Assembly (NCBI GenBank): GCA_031364845.1
Contig: JANLWX010000028.1
Location: 1 to 64,000 of the forward strand
DNA: 64,000 bases
Direction of reading: 5' to 3'
Source: Candidatus Eiseniibacteriota bacterium
Lineage (GTDB): Bacteria; Eisenbacteria; RBG-16-71-46
Part shown: in pieces, positions 37,428 to 46,417 of the stretch
Numbering within the stretch: position 1 is the stretch's first letter
How the letters are laid out: each line of letters starts with the position of its first letter
The notes under the pieces: generated by a model
The model's input: the letters and a program-made list of their open reading frames with translations, nothing else
The model's database searches: none
Told to the model about the DNA's origin: nothing
Made by a program: the position numbers and the translations under genes

Positions 37428-39302
37428 GTGCTGAACCTTCCGCTCCGGCGCGTGCGCGCGCTGCTGGCGTTCGCGCTGCTCGCCGCCACGGCGTCGTCGT
37501 GCGTGTACTACAACACCTTCTATCTGGCGCGGCGCTACTACGACCGCGGCACCGGCGGCGAGCCCTACACCGTCGACAAGGCGGGCGGCGGACAGGTCCA
37601 GGAGTTCGGCCGCTCGATCGAATATTCGAAGAAGGTGCTGTCGCAGTATCCCAAGTCCAAGTGGGTCGACGACGCCTATCTCCTGTGGGCGCGCTCGCTG
37701 CTCGGACAGGACGATCCGCTCCAGACCGTCAAGATGCTCGAAGCCTTCGACGGCCGCTTTCCGAAGAGTTCGCTGTCCGACGAAGCGCGTTTCTATCTGG
37801 GTGTCGCATATCGCCAGGCGCGCAAGTACCGGATCAGCGTGCGCACGTTCGACGAGTTCCTCGAGAAGGCGCCCAAGCACGATCTCGCGCCGTACGCGTA
37901 TCTCGAACGCGCCCGCGCGCTCGTGACGCTCAAGGAACCGGTCGAAGCCGCGGCCTCGGCGAGCCAGGTGCTCGAGCGATTTCCGAAGAGCAAGCTCGTC
38001 GATCGCGCGCGGATCGCGCGCGCCGACGCGCTGTTCGACGCGCAGCAGTTTCAGGCGGCGCGGCTCGACTATCAGGAACTGGGACGCCGCTCGCTGACCG
38101 ACGAGGACCGGCTGCGCTATCTGTTGCGCGAGGTCGACTGTCTCGAAGCCGCACAGCAGTACGACACGGGGCTCGCGCTGCTCAAGGACGCCCTCTCGCA
38201 CGAGCGCGAGCCGCTTCCGCCCGACACCACCGGCGGCAAGCCGGCGATCGTCCAGGCCACGCCAGGGTACGACCGTCATGGGCGGCTGCTGACGCGCATG
38301 GGCACCGTGCACCTGCGCCAGGGCAATCTCGACGAAGCGCTGTCCGCGTATCAGCGCGTGGTGCGCAACTATCCACGTGATCCGGTCGCGGCCGAGGCGC
38401 AGTACCGCACCGGCTACGCCTACGAGACGCTCGGTGACGACTTCGAGCGCGCGCGGCAGGAGTATCAGCGAGTGAAGGATCAGAGCGGGCAGGTCGGCTT
38501 CGGGCTGCAGGCAATCGACCGCCTGCGCACCCTCGATCGCATCGCCCAGTTCCGCAGCGCGGGCGGCGACTCCGCCGACCGGCGGGTCGAAGCGGCGTTC
38601 CTCACCGCAGAGCAGTATCTGTTCTCGGTCGAGAAGCCCGAGCGCGCGCTCGAGGAATACAAGAAGATCGCCGAGGAGAACGCGGGCACGCCCGCGGCGG
38701 CGAAGGCTCTGAATGCGCAGGCGTGGGTGCTGAGCCGCAAGCTCAATCGCGCGGCAGAGGCGGATTCGCTGTTCTGGAACGTGGTGCACAACTTCCCGGC
38801 GACCGAAGCGCAACTCGCCGCGCGCGACTATCTCGAGATGTCGGGCAAATCGGTGCCCTCCGATCTCATCAAGCTGCCGGAGCCGCAGTACGCCGCGATG
38901 GACACCGCGATCATGTTGACGCAGCCACCCGACAGTTTGCCGGCGCTCGGCAAGCAGGTCGATTTCGGGCCCGTCGATTCGCTCGGCCTCAGGCCGTCGC
39001 CCGAGCCGATTCCGATGCCGCGCGAGTCGCGGCGGCCCTACGTGCCGGCCGATTCCGGTCCCGGATTCGCGGGCGACACGCCGGGACACGTCGCACCCGG
39101 TTCGACGGTGCGCGCACCCGAGCCGCCGCGCACCGGAGCGCGCAAGACGACTCCGCCGCCCGGTTCGCCCGCCGATTCGTTGCGGCGTGCGGCGTCGGCG
39201 GACTCCGTGCTGCGCAAGGCGGCATCTCCGGACTCCGTCTTGCGTGTCGCGCCCGTGCCCGTTCATCCGGTTCCCAGCGACTCGACGAGCGGAGACGAAT
39301 GA
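37428..39302 (+). CDS. TPR-rich lipoprotein with Pro/Asp/Ser-rich tail
   Basis: GTG after AGGAG; lipobox-like ASSC; YYNTFY; repeated YPKSKWVDDAY/FPKSSLSDEARF TPR units. Confidence 0.8.
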   Translation: MLNLPLRRVRALLAFALLAATASSCVYYNTFYLARRYYDRGTGGEPYTVDKAGGGQVQEFGRSIEYSKKVLSQYPKSKWVDDAYLLWARSLLGQDDPLQTVKMLEAFDGRFPKSSLSDEARFYLGVAYRQARKYRISVRTFDEFLEKAPKHDLAPYAYLERARALVTLKEPVEAAASASQVLERFPKSKLVDRARIARADALFDAQQFQAARLDYQELGRRSLTDEDRLRYLLREVDCLEAAQQYDTGLALLKDALSHEREPLPPDTTGGKPAIVQATPGYDRHGRLLTRMGTVHLRQGNLDEALSAYQRVVRNYPRDPVAAEAQYRTGYAYETLGDDFERARQEYQRVKDQSGQVGFGLQAIDRLRTLDRIAQFRSAGGDSADRRVEAAFLTAEQYLFSVEKPERALEEYKKIAEENAGTPAAAKALNAQAWVLSRKLNRAAEADSLFWNVVHNFPATEAQLAARDYLEMSGKSVPSDLIKLPEPQYAAMDTAIMLTQPPDSLPALGKQVDFGPVDSLGLRPSPEPIPMPRESRRPYVPADSGPGFAGDTPGHVAPGSTVRAPEPPRTGARKTTPPPGSPADSLRRAASADSVLRKAASPDSVLRVAPVPVHPVPSDSTSGDE

Positions 39303-40201
39303 TGGCGACGGCCGCACTCGCGACTTCGTGGCGTCAGGCGACGGCCAGCGTTGCCGGTCAGGTGGAATACGGCGACGGGCACTGGTGGCTGGACCTCGAT
39401 GTGCCCGCGCCATTCGAGCAGCCGGTGCCCGGGCAGTTCGTCCAACTCCTGCTCGACGGAACCGAGACGGGATCGCTGCTGCCGCGCCCGATGAGTGTCG
39501 CCGGTGCCGCACCGATCGACGACGGATGGCGTGTGAGTTTCCTGTACGCGCCGGTCGGGCAGGGCACGCGATCGCTCGCGCGACTGCGGGCGGGTGACCG
39601 CGTTGAAGCTCTGGGACCGTTGGGGCACGGGTTTCCGCTGGAGGCCCCGGGCACACCCGTGTTGATCGCGGGCGGACGTGGCGTGGCGCCGATGTTGTTC
39701 GCGGCGGATGTGCTGGCGCGTCAATCCGCCGCGGGGCCTCATCCGCGGCGGAGTCAGTTCGTGTTCGGAGCCCGGAGTGCGCAACAGCTCGTGGGCCTGG
39801 ACGATGCGCGCGAGCGGCTGCAGCGCGCCGGTGGCGCGCTGTATACGTGCACGGACGATGGGAGTCATGGGATGCATGGCAATGTATTGCAACTTCTCGC
39901 GAGAGAAGTTGCAGGCTTCGCCTCTCCGGTGGTGATCCACGCCTGCGGTCCGCACGGCATGCTGCGCGCGATCGCCGAGTGGGCGATCGCGCATGATGTA
40001 CGCGCGCATCTGGCGATGGAGTCGGTCATGGCATGCGGCACCGGTGTGTGCCGCGGCTGCCCGCTGCCGCGCAGTGCGTCGGGTCGAAAAGCATGGACCA
40101 GTGCGATGCCGTCCCTGTTCGGCAACGCCGAGCACGCGATGTGCTGCACTGAAGGCCCGGTGTTCGAGGCGCGCGAACTCGACTGGGAGCACGTCGTTTG
40201 A
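39299..40201 (+). CDS. pyrK: Dihydroorotate dehydrogenase electron-transfer subunit
   Basis: PGQFVQL, LPRPMSV, GPLGHGF, AGGRGVAP, ACGP, MACGTGVCRGC...CTEGPVF. Confidence 0.92.
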   Translation: MMATAALATSWRQATASVAGQVEYGDGHWWLDLDVPAPFEQPVPGQFVQLLLDGTETGSLLPRPMSVAGAAPIDDGWRVSFLYAPVGQGTRSLARLRAGDRVEALGPLGHGFPLEAPGTPVLIAGGRGVAPMLFAADVLARQSAAGPHPRRSQFVFGARSAQQLVGLDDARERLQRAGGALYTCTDDGSHGMHGNVLQLLAREVAGFASPVVIHACGPHGMLRAIAEWAIAHDVRAHLAMESVMACGTGVCRGCPLPRSASGRKAWTSAMPSLFGNAEHAMCCTEGPVFEARELDWEHVV

Positions 40202-41289
40202 TGAACGCGATCGACGTGTCGATCGCGATTGGCGAGCTTCGGCTCGCCAATCCCATAATGGTGGCCTCCGGCACGTTCGGCTACGGCGACGAATACGCGC
40301 ATGTCGTCGATCCGCGCACGCTCGGTGCTGTCGTGACCAAGACCGTGACGCTCAAACCGCGCGCGGGGAATCCGCCGACCCGGATCGCTGAGACCGCGGC
40401 GGGAATGCTGAATTCGATCGGACTCGAAAACGTCGGGCTGCAGAAGTTCCGCGCCGAGAAAGTGCCGAAGCTCGCGGGGCTCGGTGCGACGATCATCGCT
40501 TCGATCGGCGGGGATACGGCGTCGCACCTGGAGCGGTTGCTGTCCGCGCTCGCCGATGAATCGGCGATCGCAGGATTTGAAGTGAACTTCTCGTGCCCCA
40601 ACGTTGCCAAAGGCGGAGCGCGTTACTGGACCGTGCCGCGGCGACTCACGACCACGATGCGCCGCCTGCGCGCGATCACGAATAAGCCGCTGATCGCGAA
40701 GCTCTCGCCCGACGTGACCGCGATCTCGGAACTGGCGCGCGCATGCGAAGCCGGCGGTGCCGATGCACTGACCGCGACGAACACGTTCGTCGGCATGGCC
40801 GTTGATCTCTCGACCGGACGCTCCAAGTTGAACCGCGCGACCGGCGGGCTGTCGGGGCCCGCGGTGAAACCGTTGGCGCTCGCGCGCTGTTATGAGTGCG
40901 TGCAGGCCGTGCGGATTCCCGTGATCGGGTCCGGTGGGATCGTCACCGGGCGCGATGTGCTCGAATTTCTGGCGGTCGGCGCCGCCGCGGTGCAGGTCGG
41001 GACGGCGTCGTTCCTGCGTCCGCGGGCTTCGGTCGATATCCTGGCCGAAATGCGAAGCATCTTGGCCGCCGCGGGGGCCGAGTCGATCGAAGCATGGCGT
41101 GAGCAGTTGATCGCGCGCGGCGCCGGACTGGCGCACGGGCTCGGACCGTCGTTGGTTCAGCGGGCGGGGACGGCGGTGCGATCGGAATCGCGCGCCGATT
41201 CAAGTAACGGCGCGCACGCCACGAGTGGTGGTGAGCCCCGCGAGATAGCGACGAGCGGCGCAAAGGCGGGAGAGTCCGAGCGCGGGTAG
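40201..41289 (+). CDS. pyrD: Dihydroorotate dehydrogenase family 1B catalytic subunit
   Basis: NPIMVASGTFGYG, GNPPTRIAET, NSIGLEN, EVNFSCPNV, GGLSGPAVKP; low-complexity C-terminal extension. Confidence 0.95.
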   Translation: MNAIDVSIAIGELRLANPIMVASGTFGYGDEYAHVVDPRTLGAVVTKTVTLKPRAGNPPTRIAETAAGMLNSIGLENVGLQKFRAEKVPKLAGLGATIIASIGGDTASHLERLLSALADESAIAGFEVNFSCPNVAKGGARYWTVPRRLTTTMRRLRAITNKPLIAKLSPDVTAISELARACEAGGADALTATNTFVGMAVDLSTGRSKLNRATGGLSGPAVKPLALARCYECVQAVRIPVIGSGGIVTGRDVLEFLAVGAAAVQVGTASFLRPRASVDILAEMRSILAAAGAESIEAWREQLIARGAGLAHGLGPSLVQRAGTAVRSESRADSSNGAHATSGGEPREIATSGAKAGESERG

Positions 41290-41606
41290 CGCGACGGTCC
41301 GCGCGGCCAGTCGCCGCGTTGGGCCGCCGGACCGTGTCGCCCGCGACCCCCCACAGGACGCAATTTAGTTGTTGACGGCTTCGCGAGCGCATCTTCGACA
41401 AACCCACCACGGCCTCCCATTCCGCGTCGCAATGCCCGGAGTTCCCGCGTTCGCGCGCTCAAGTCTTTCGATCGCGAAAAGTTCTCGCGACGCGTGCCGT
41501 GATGCAGCCTGCGTCGATCTCCGAGCGTCGAAAACCTGCAATGTAGAATCAACGCGTGTTCATCGCCCCCGCGACCGGATGCTTTGTCGTCACGCGCGGA
41601 GGGATC

Positions 41607-42797
41607 ATGAGCAGGTACTTGCTTTGCCATCGGACCCATCAGGTTGTGCTTCAAGGTCTCGCGACGCTCGTCGCTCGAGGCTGCACGCACACGGCGGACC
41701 TCGTCGCCCACATTGGTGAAGTCGACAGCCGCAGGCTCTTCCTGCCGGCGGCACATCCTTCGATGTTCTCCTACTGTGTGAACGTGCTGCACTTCTCGGA
41801 GCAGGCGGCGTACAAGCGCATTCGTGTCGCGCGCATGGCGCGCAGGTTTCCCGCAATCTTCGACGCGCTCGCTGAGGGCCGCGTGCATCTGAGCGGCTTG
41901 TTCCTGCTCAAGGCATACATGTCCCGCCGCAACGCGGCGGAGCTTCTCGCGGCGGTGACGCACAAGAGTTGTCGTGAGATCGAGAAGGTTCTGGCGGAGC
42001 GATATCCGAAGGAGGACGTGGCGACGAGAGTGCGGGCTTTGCCGAATTCGCGGGTGGTCGCGGCGGCACCTGTTGCCGGTCCGGATGCGGCCATCGTCGC
42101 GGAAACTCAAGAGCAACTGTCCGCGCGGACAGTCGCATCTTCGGTCCGCAGGACCGAAGAATGGGTGTCGCCTGGGGCTGACGCGAGTGCTGTTAAGGAG
42201 CCCGTCGCTGGGCTCGGACTGCTGACAGGCGAAGATTCTTCCGTCCTTCGGACCGAAGGGCGAAAGCCCGCGAAAGTCCAACCTCTCGCCCCGAAGCGCT
42301 ACGCGCTTCAGTTGACGATGAGCCAGGAGCTGCACGACAAGCTGCGCCATGCGCAGGCGTTGCTCTCGCACACGTCGCCCTCAGGCGACGTGGCAGCCGT
42401 GCTCGAGCGCGCACTCGATCTGCTGATCACGAAGCTCGAGAAGACGAAGTATGCAGCGACCGAGAACCCGCGCGCCATCAAAGCGAGCACCAGCGGAAAA
42501 CCGCGACAGATCCCTGCCCACGTCAGAAGGGCCGTCCGCAAGCGCGACGGAGATCAGTGCACGTTCGTGAGCGACGACGGCCAGCGCTGTCCCGAGCGGC
42601 ACTTTCTCGAATTCGATCACGTCAAACCCGTCTGCCGCGGTGGCGAAACCACGGCGGATGGCTTGCGCCTGAGATGCCGCGCGCACAATCATTACGAAGC
42701 GGAGAGATTACTTGGCGTTCTCTTCATGCAGCGCAAGCTGCATGAAGCACGGAGTCCACATCCGGTTCAAGAGCACGCAAGAGGAGTTCTTCCATGA
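41607..42797 (+). CDS. HNH endonuclease with N-terminal helical (DUF222-like) domain
   Basis: GGAGGG RBS; HIGEVDSRRL...SMFSYC...SEQAAYKRIRVAR; C-terminal RRAVRKRDGDQCTF...C....LEFDHVKP..RGG......LRLRCRAHN. Confidence 0.88.
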   Translation: MSRYLLCHRTHQVVLQGLATLVARGCTHTADLVAHIGEVDSRRLFLPAAHPSMFSYCVNVLHFSEQAAYKRIRVARMARRFPAIFDALAEGRVHLSGLFLLKAYMSRRNAAELLAAVTHKSCREIEKVLAERYPKEDVATRVRALPNSRVVAAAPVAGPDAAIVAETQEQLSARTVASSVRRTEEWVSPGADASAVKEPVAGLGLLTGEDSSVLRTEGRKPAKVQPLAPKRYALQLTMSQELHDKLRHAQALLSHTSPSGDVAAVLERALDLLITKLEKTKYAATENPRAIKASTSGKPRQIPAHVRRAVRKRDGDQCTFVSDDGQRCPERHFLEFDHVKPVCRGGETTADGLRLRCRAHNHYEAERLLGVLFMQRKLHEARSPHPVQEHARGVLP

Positions 42798-43555
42798 ATA
42801 ACCAAGAACCCTCCGCGCCTATCGGCGCGGGGCATGAAATTGCGATCGCGTTCGACGTCGAAACGCTCGACCAGGCGCTCGCGCTCGATGAGCAACTCGG
42901 CGAGGGGCCGGAGTACGCGAAGGTCGGCCTGCAGCTGTTCACTTCAGCGGGCCCCGATGCGGTGCTCGCGCTGGTCGCGCGTCGTCGCCGTGTGTTCCTC
43001 GATCTCAAGCTGCACGACATCCCGAATACCGTGAGCGGAGCCGCTGCGGCCGCGGCACGGCTCGGTGTGCATCTGCTCACCGTTCACGCGGCGGGCGGGG
43101 AGGACATGATGCGCGCCGCGGTCGACGGTGTCGCGCGCGCCGGTGGTGAGACGCGCGTGGTCGCGGTCACGCTGCTGACGAGTCTCGATCCCGCGGCGAT
43201 GCCGCCGGGATTCCCACGGCCCTTCGTGCTCGCGGAAGTGCAGGCCGAGATGCTCGCGGCGACCGAGCGCGCGGGGGCGCACGGAATCGTGTGCTCGGCG
43301 GCCGATCTTCCGGCGTTGCGCGAGCGGCATCCGGCGCCGTTCTACTCCGTGACACCGGGCATCCGCCCCGCGGGCGGCGGTGTGCAGGATCAGAAGCGCG
43401 TCGCGACCATCACCGATGCGATCTCAGCAGGCGCCAGCCTGCTGGTGCTCGGCCGCGCGATCACTGCGGCGACCGATCCGCGCGCGGCGCTTGAAGAGGC
43501 GCGGAGTGAACGGGATCGGGCGTTGTCGGGAGTGCGTTCTTCGCAGCACGCGTAG
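42794..43555 (+). CDS. pyrF: Orotidine-5'-phosphate decarboxylase
   Basis: KVGLQLF, FLDLKLHDIPNTV, TVHAAGG, VTLLTS, VTPGIRP, DQKRVAT, LVLGRAIT. Confidence 0.96.
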   Translation: MNNQEPSAPIGAGHEIAIAFDVETLDQALALDEQLGEGPEYAKVGLQLFTSAGPDAVLALVARRRRVFLDLKLHDIPNTVSGAAAAAARLGVHLLTVHAAGGEDMMRAAVDGVARAGGETRVVAVTLLTSLDPAAMPPGFPRPFVLAEVQAEMLAATERAGAHGIVCSAADLPALRERHPAPFYSVTPGIRPAGGGVQDQKRVATITDAISAGASLLVLGRAITAATDPRAALEEARSERDRALSGVRSSQHA

Positions 43556-43574
43556 TTCGAACGGAGTTCGAACT
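43554..43574 (+). terminator. Hairpin at pyrF stop
   Basis: AGTTCGAAC-GGA-GTTCGAACT. Confidence 0.4.
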
Positions 43575-43768
43575 GACGTCCGCCCATGGGCCCGGGTCGT
43601 TTCGAATGATGCCGCGTGACCACGATGCCGCGTGTCATTGGGGAATCCCGCCCGGCCCCGCTCCCCGGTCGCGTCGCTTCGCGACGCGACTGGACCGGTC
43701 CTTGCGCTGTCCCTCCCCGAACACTCACGCAGTTCGTGTCTCAGGACGGGAGCGAAAGCGAGAAACGC

Positions 43769-45085
43769 ATGCGCAGGCTACTCATAGCCGCTTTGGTCGT
43801 CAGCAGTGCAATTCCCACGGTCGATGCAATCGGCCAGACATCGAGCGCAAGACGCATGGCCATGGGCGGTGCTTCGCTCGGGGGCGATGCGGCCAATGTT
43901 GCCTACCGGGCGGTGCCGAAGGCGAAGGGGCGGTCGTCGGGTTTCACACTCCCGATCGGTATCGCGGCGGTGGCCGCGAATCCGCCGTCGTTCGATCCGG
44001 ATGATCCGGAGTTCAACATCTTCGAGATCGCAAACCTGGTTCAGAATCCACCGTGGAATCTGCAGCTGGGATCGGTCGAGGCGCCTTCGAACGATGTCGT
44101 GATCGACATCGGCCGCGATCATCTCGCGGTCGACCTCGGTGACATCCGCTCGTATCTGCCGGGCACCGGCGCGCGCATCTCGGCGATGCAGTCGTCGCCG
44201 GGACTGTCGCTCGGGTTCGGTCCGTGGTTCGCGGGGGTTGCGGTCGTCGCTCAGTACGAGAACAACCTGCACCTGAACGAGCCGCTGCGGCTGGCGCTCG
44301 AGGACGCGGCGCCGTTCCTGCCGCAGACCGAGTACGCGGTGATCGACAGTGGGCAGGGCCAGGCGGTCGCAGAGATCCAGACCGGTGCCGCGATCCCGCT
44401 GATGGTCAATGGGAAGAATCCGCGCGAGAAGGGCGGCATGGGTCTGTACGGCGGTGTGCGCGTTTCGCTGCTGCGCGGGCTTGCCTACGGTGACATGCGC
44501 AACGTCGCGGCGTTCGCGACGGCGGACACGTTGTTCGGCAGCACGCCGGTGGTGCTCGACTACACGGGCGACTTCCGCGATGCAGGTCCTGCGGGCGGTG
44601 GCTGGGGACAGGCGTTCGACGTCGGCGCGGTGCTGGTGGCGGGCGGATTCGAAATGGGCGTCGGCGTGAATCACATTGGCGCCAAGGTCCAGTGGAACGG
44701 GCGCGAGCAGCGCACGGTGCGCGACAGCGTGACCGGTGAATACAACGCGCAGGTGGTGAACGACGATGTGTCGTTCTCGACCTCGCTGCCGATCGTTCTG
44801 ACCGCGAACGTCACGCGCCCGATCGCGGGCGTGCTGCTCGCCGCGGACGTGACGCATTCGGATGGCGTGACCCAGGGACATGTCGGCCTCGAGCGCTGGA
44901 TCGGTCCGATCGCGCTGCGTGCCGGTGGACGCATCGACGAATCGAAGGCGCTCCAGGGCGCGGCCGGACTCGGCACGCGTCTGGGCCCTGTCGGTCTCGA
45001 TGCCGCCGTCGCGAGCCATGGCCAGAGCTTCGGAGCCGCCGAACGCGGACTCGAGCTGGCTGTCGGACTTTCCTTCTACCACTGA
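43769..45085 (+). CDS. Putative outer-membrane beta-barrel of unknown function
   Basis: Signal peptide; SARRMAMGGA start as in FadL/PorV-like barrels; GQAFDVGAV, ALRAGG, amphipathic strands, aromatic C-terminus LSFYH. Confidence 0.6.
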   Translation: MRRLLIAALVVSSAIPTVDAIGQTSSARRMAMGGASLGGDAANVAYRAVPKAKGRSSGFTLPIGIAAVAANPPSFDPDDPEFNIFEIANLVQNPPWNLQLGSVEAPSNDVVIDIGRDHLAVDLGDIRSYLPGTGARISAMQSSPGLSLGFGPWFAGVAVVAQYENNLHLNEPLRLALEDAAPFLPQTEYAVIDSGQGQAVAEIQTGAAIPLMVNGKNPREKGGMGLYGGVRVSLLRGLAYGDMRNVAAFATADTLFGSTPVVLDYTGDFRDAGPAGGGWGQAFDVGAVLVAGGFEMGVGVNHIGAKVQWNGREQRTVRDSVTGEYNAQVVNDDVSFSTSLPIVLTANVTRPIAGVLLAADVTHSDGVTQGHVGLERWIGPIALRAGGRIDESKALQGAAGLGTRLGPVGLDAAVASHGQSFGAAERGLELAVGLSFYH

Positions 45086-45098
45086 CCGGAGGCCGCAC

Positions 45099-45704
45099 AT
45101 GCGACTCATGAATGGCTATGTGAAAATGCGAGCCGCGCGCCCGGCTTCGATGTTGATTGCCGCCGTGGTGGCTCTGATGGCGCTGCCCGCATGCGGGCAG
45201 CGCAACGTGGTGCTCAACGTCGACGTGCTGAGCTACATGGACGCCACCGAAACCGAATTCAATTTCGGTCCGGTGCCCGCACTTCCCGGTGGATTCACGA
45301 CCGGCGAGCAGTCGGTGGTTCCGGAAGCCGACATCAATCTGGTCGGCAACTTCGCGGACATCGCCGACATCCACACGGTGAACCTCCGCATCGCGATCGC
45401 CTCCGAGAGCTACTCGGGTGACGGCGCGGACACCCTGCGCTTCTACCTGAGCGAGCCCGGCACCGATCCCCGCACCACACCCGTCGTGATGACGGTGCCG
45501 CTCACGCTCACCGCTTCGGTCGCGGACACCACGGTGACCGAGATCACCGGGGACGAGCGAGTGCTGGGGCTGTTCTCGAGCCAGGCGATGAAGCTCGCGA
45601 TCACGACCTCGCTGCGGGGGCCGAGCAACGGCGACGCGCTCTCGGGGCGGGTGACGATCACCGGGATCGATGCGACGGTGATTGCGGGACGGAAAGCGCT
45701 ATAA
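45099..45704 (+). CDS. Hypothetical lipoprotein
   Basis: GGAGG RBS, lipobox LPAC, beta-rich mature part. Confidence 0.7.
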   Translation: MRLMNGYVKMRAARPASMLIAAVVALMALPACGQRNVVLNVDVLSYMDATETEFNFGPVPALPGGFTTGEQSVVPEADINLVGNFADIADIHTVNLRIAIASESYSGDGADTLRFYLSEPGTDPRTTPVVMTVPLTLTASVADTTVTEITGDERVLGLFSSQAMKLAITTSLRGPSNGDALSGRVTITGIDATVIAGRKAL

Positions 45705-45820
45705 CACTGCGGGTGCGTAGCACCCGCAGTACGGGGGCAAGCCTGTCGGGGGAAGATTTCCCCTCGCCGGGCCTGCCCGCTTCTTGACATCTATACCCTC
45801 CCGGCCCTACCCCTCGTGGA

Positions 45821-46417
45821 ATGAACCCCGAGCCGCGGCGTAAAGAACCTGTGGAGCCGGGCGACGAGACCGCACTCGTGGTCGCGGCGCAGGGTGGCGA
45901 TGAGAGCGCGTTCGCGGAGATCGTGCGGCGCTATCAGCGTTCGGTGTACCGGGTTGCCTATGGCCTCACGCGCAGTCCGAGCGATGCGGACGACCTCGCG
46001 CAGGAGACGTTCGTGAGGGCGTGGCAGGCGTTCGGGCGCTTCCGGGCGGGCGAACCGCTGCATCCGTGGCTGAGCCGGATCTGCGTGAACCTCGCGTACT
46101 CGCTGTTTCGCCATCGCAAGCGACGGCCGGAGACTTCGATCGAGCCGCTCGTCGAGGCGGGCCAGCAATGGGCGGCAGTCGACGATCCCGAAGCCGAGGC
46201 GGCCGAACGCGAGAGTTCGTCGCAGCTCGAGGCGGCGCTCGCGGAGTTGTCGAGCGAGCATCAGGCGGTGCTCGTGTTGAGGGCGGTGGAAGATTTGTCG
46301 TATGACCAGATCGCGCAGACGCTCGGCGTGCCGATCGGAACCGTGATGTCACGCCTGTCGCGCGCACGCGCCGAACTCAAGGCACGCCTCAAGGCGCGCA
46401 CCGGGGAGAACGAATGA
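45821..46417 (+). CDS. ECF RNA polymerase sigma factor
   Basis: GDESAFAEIVRRYQ, ADDLAQETFVRAW, WLSRI, LSYDQIAQTLGVPIGTVMSRLSRAR. Confidence 0.95.
   Translation: MNPEPRRKEPVEPGDETALVVAAQGGDESAFAEIVRRYQRSVYRVAYGLTRSPSDADDLAQETFVRAWQAFGRFRAGEPLHPWLSRICVNLAYSLFRHRKRRPETSIEPLVEAGQQWAAVDDPEAEAAERESSSQLEAALAELSSEHQAVLVLRAVEDLSYDQIAQTLGVPIGTVMSRLSRARAELKARLKARTGENE

Noticed and set aside
41607..42797. IscB/Cas9-like RNA-guided nuclease
   Set aside because: No RuvC motifs or PLMP N-terminus visible; only a C-terminal HNH
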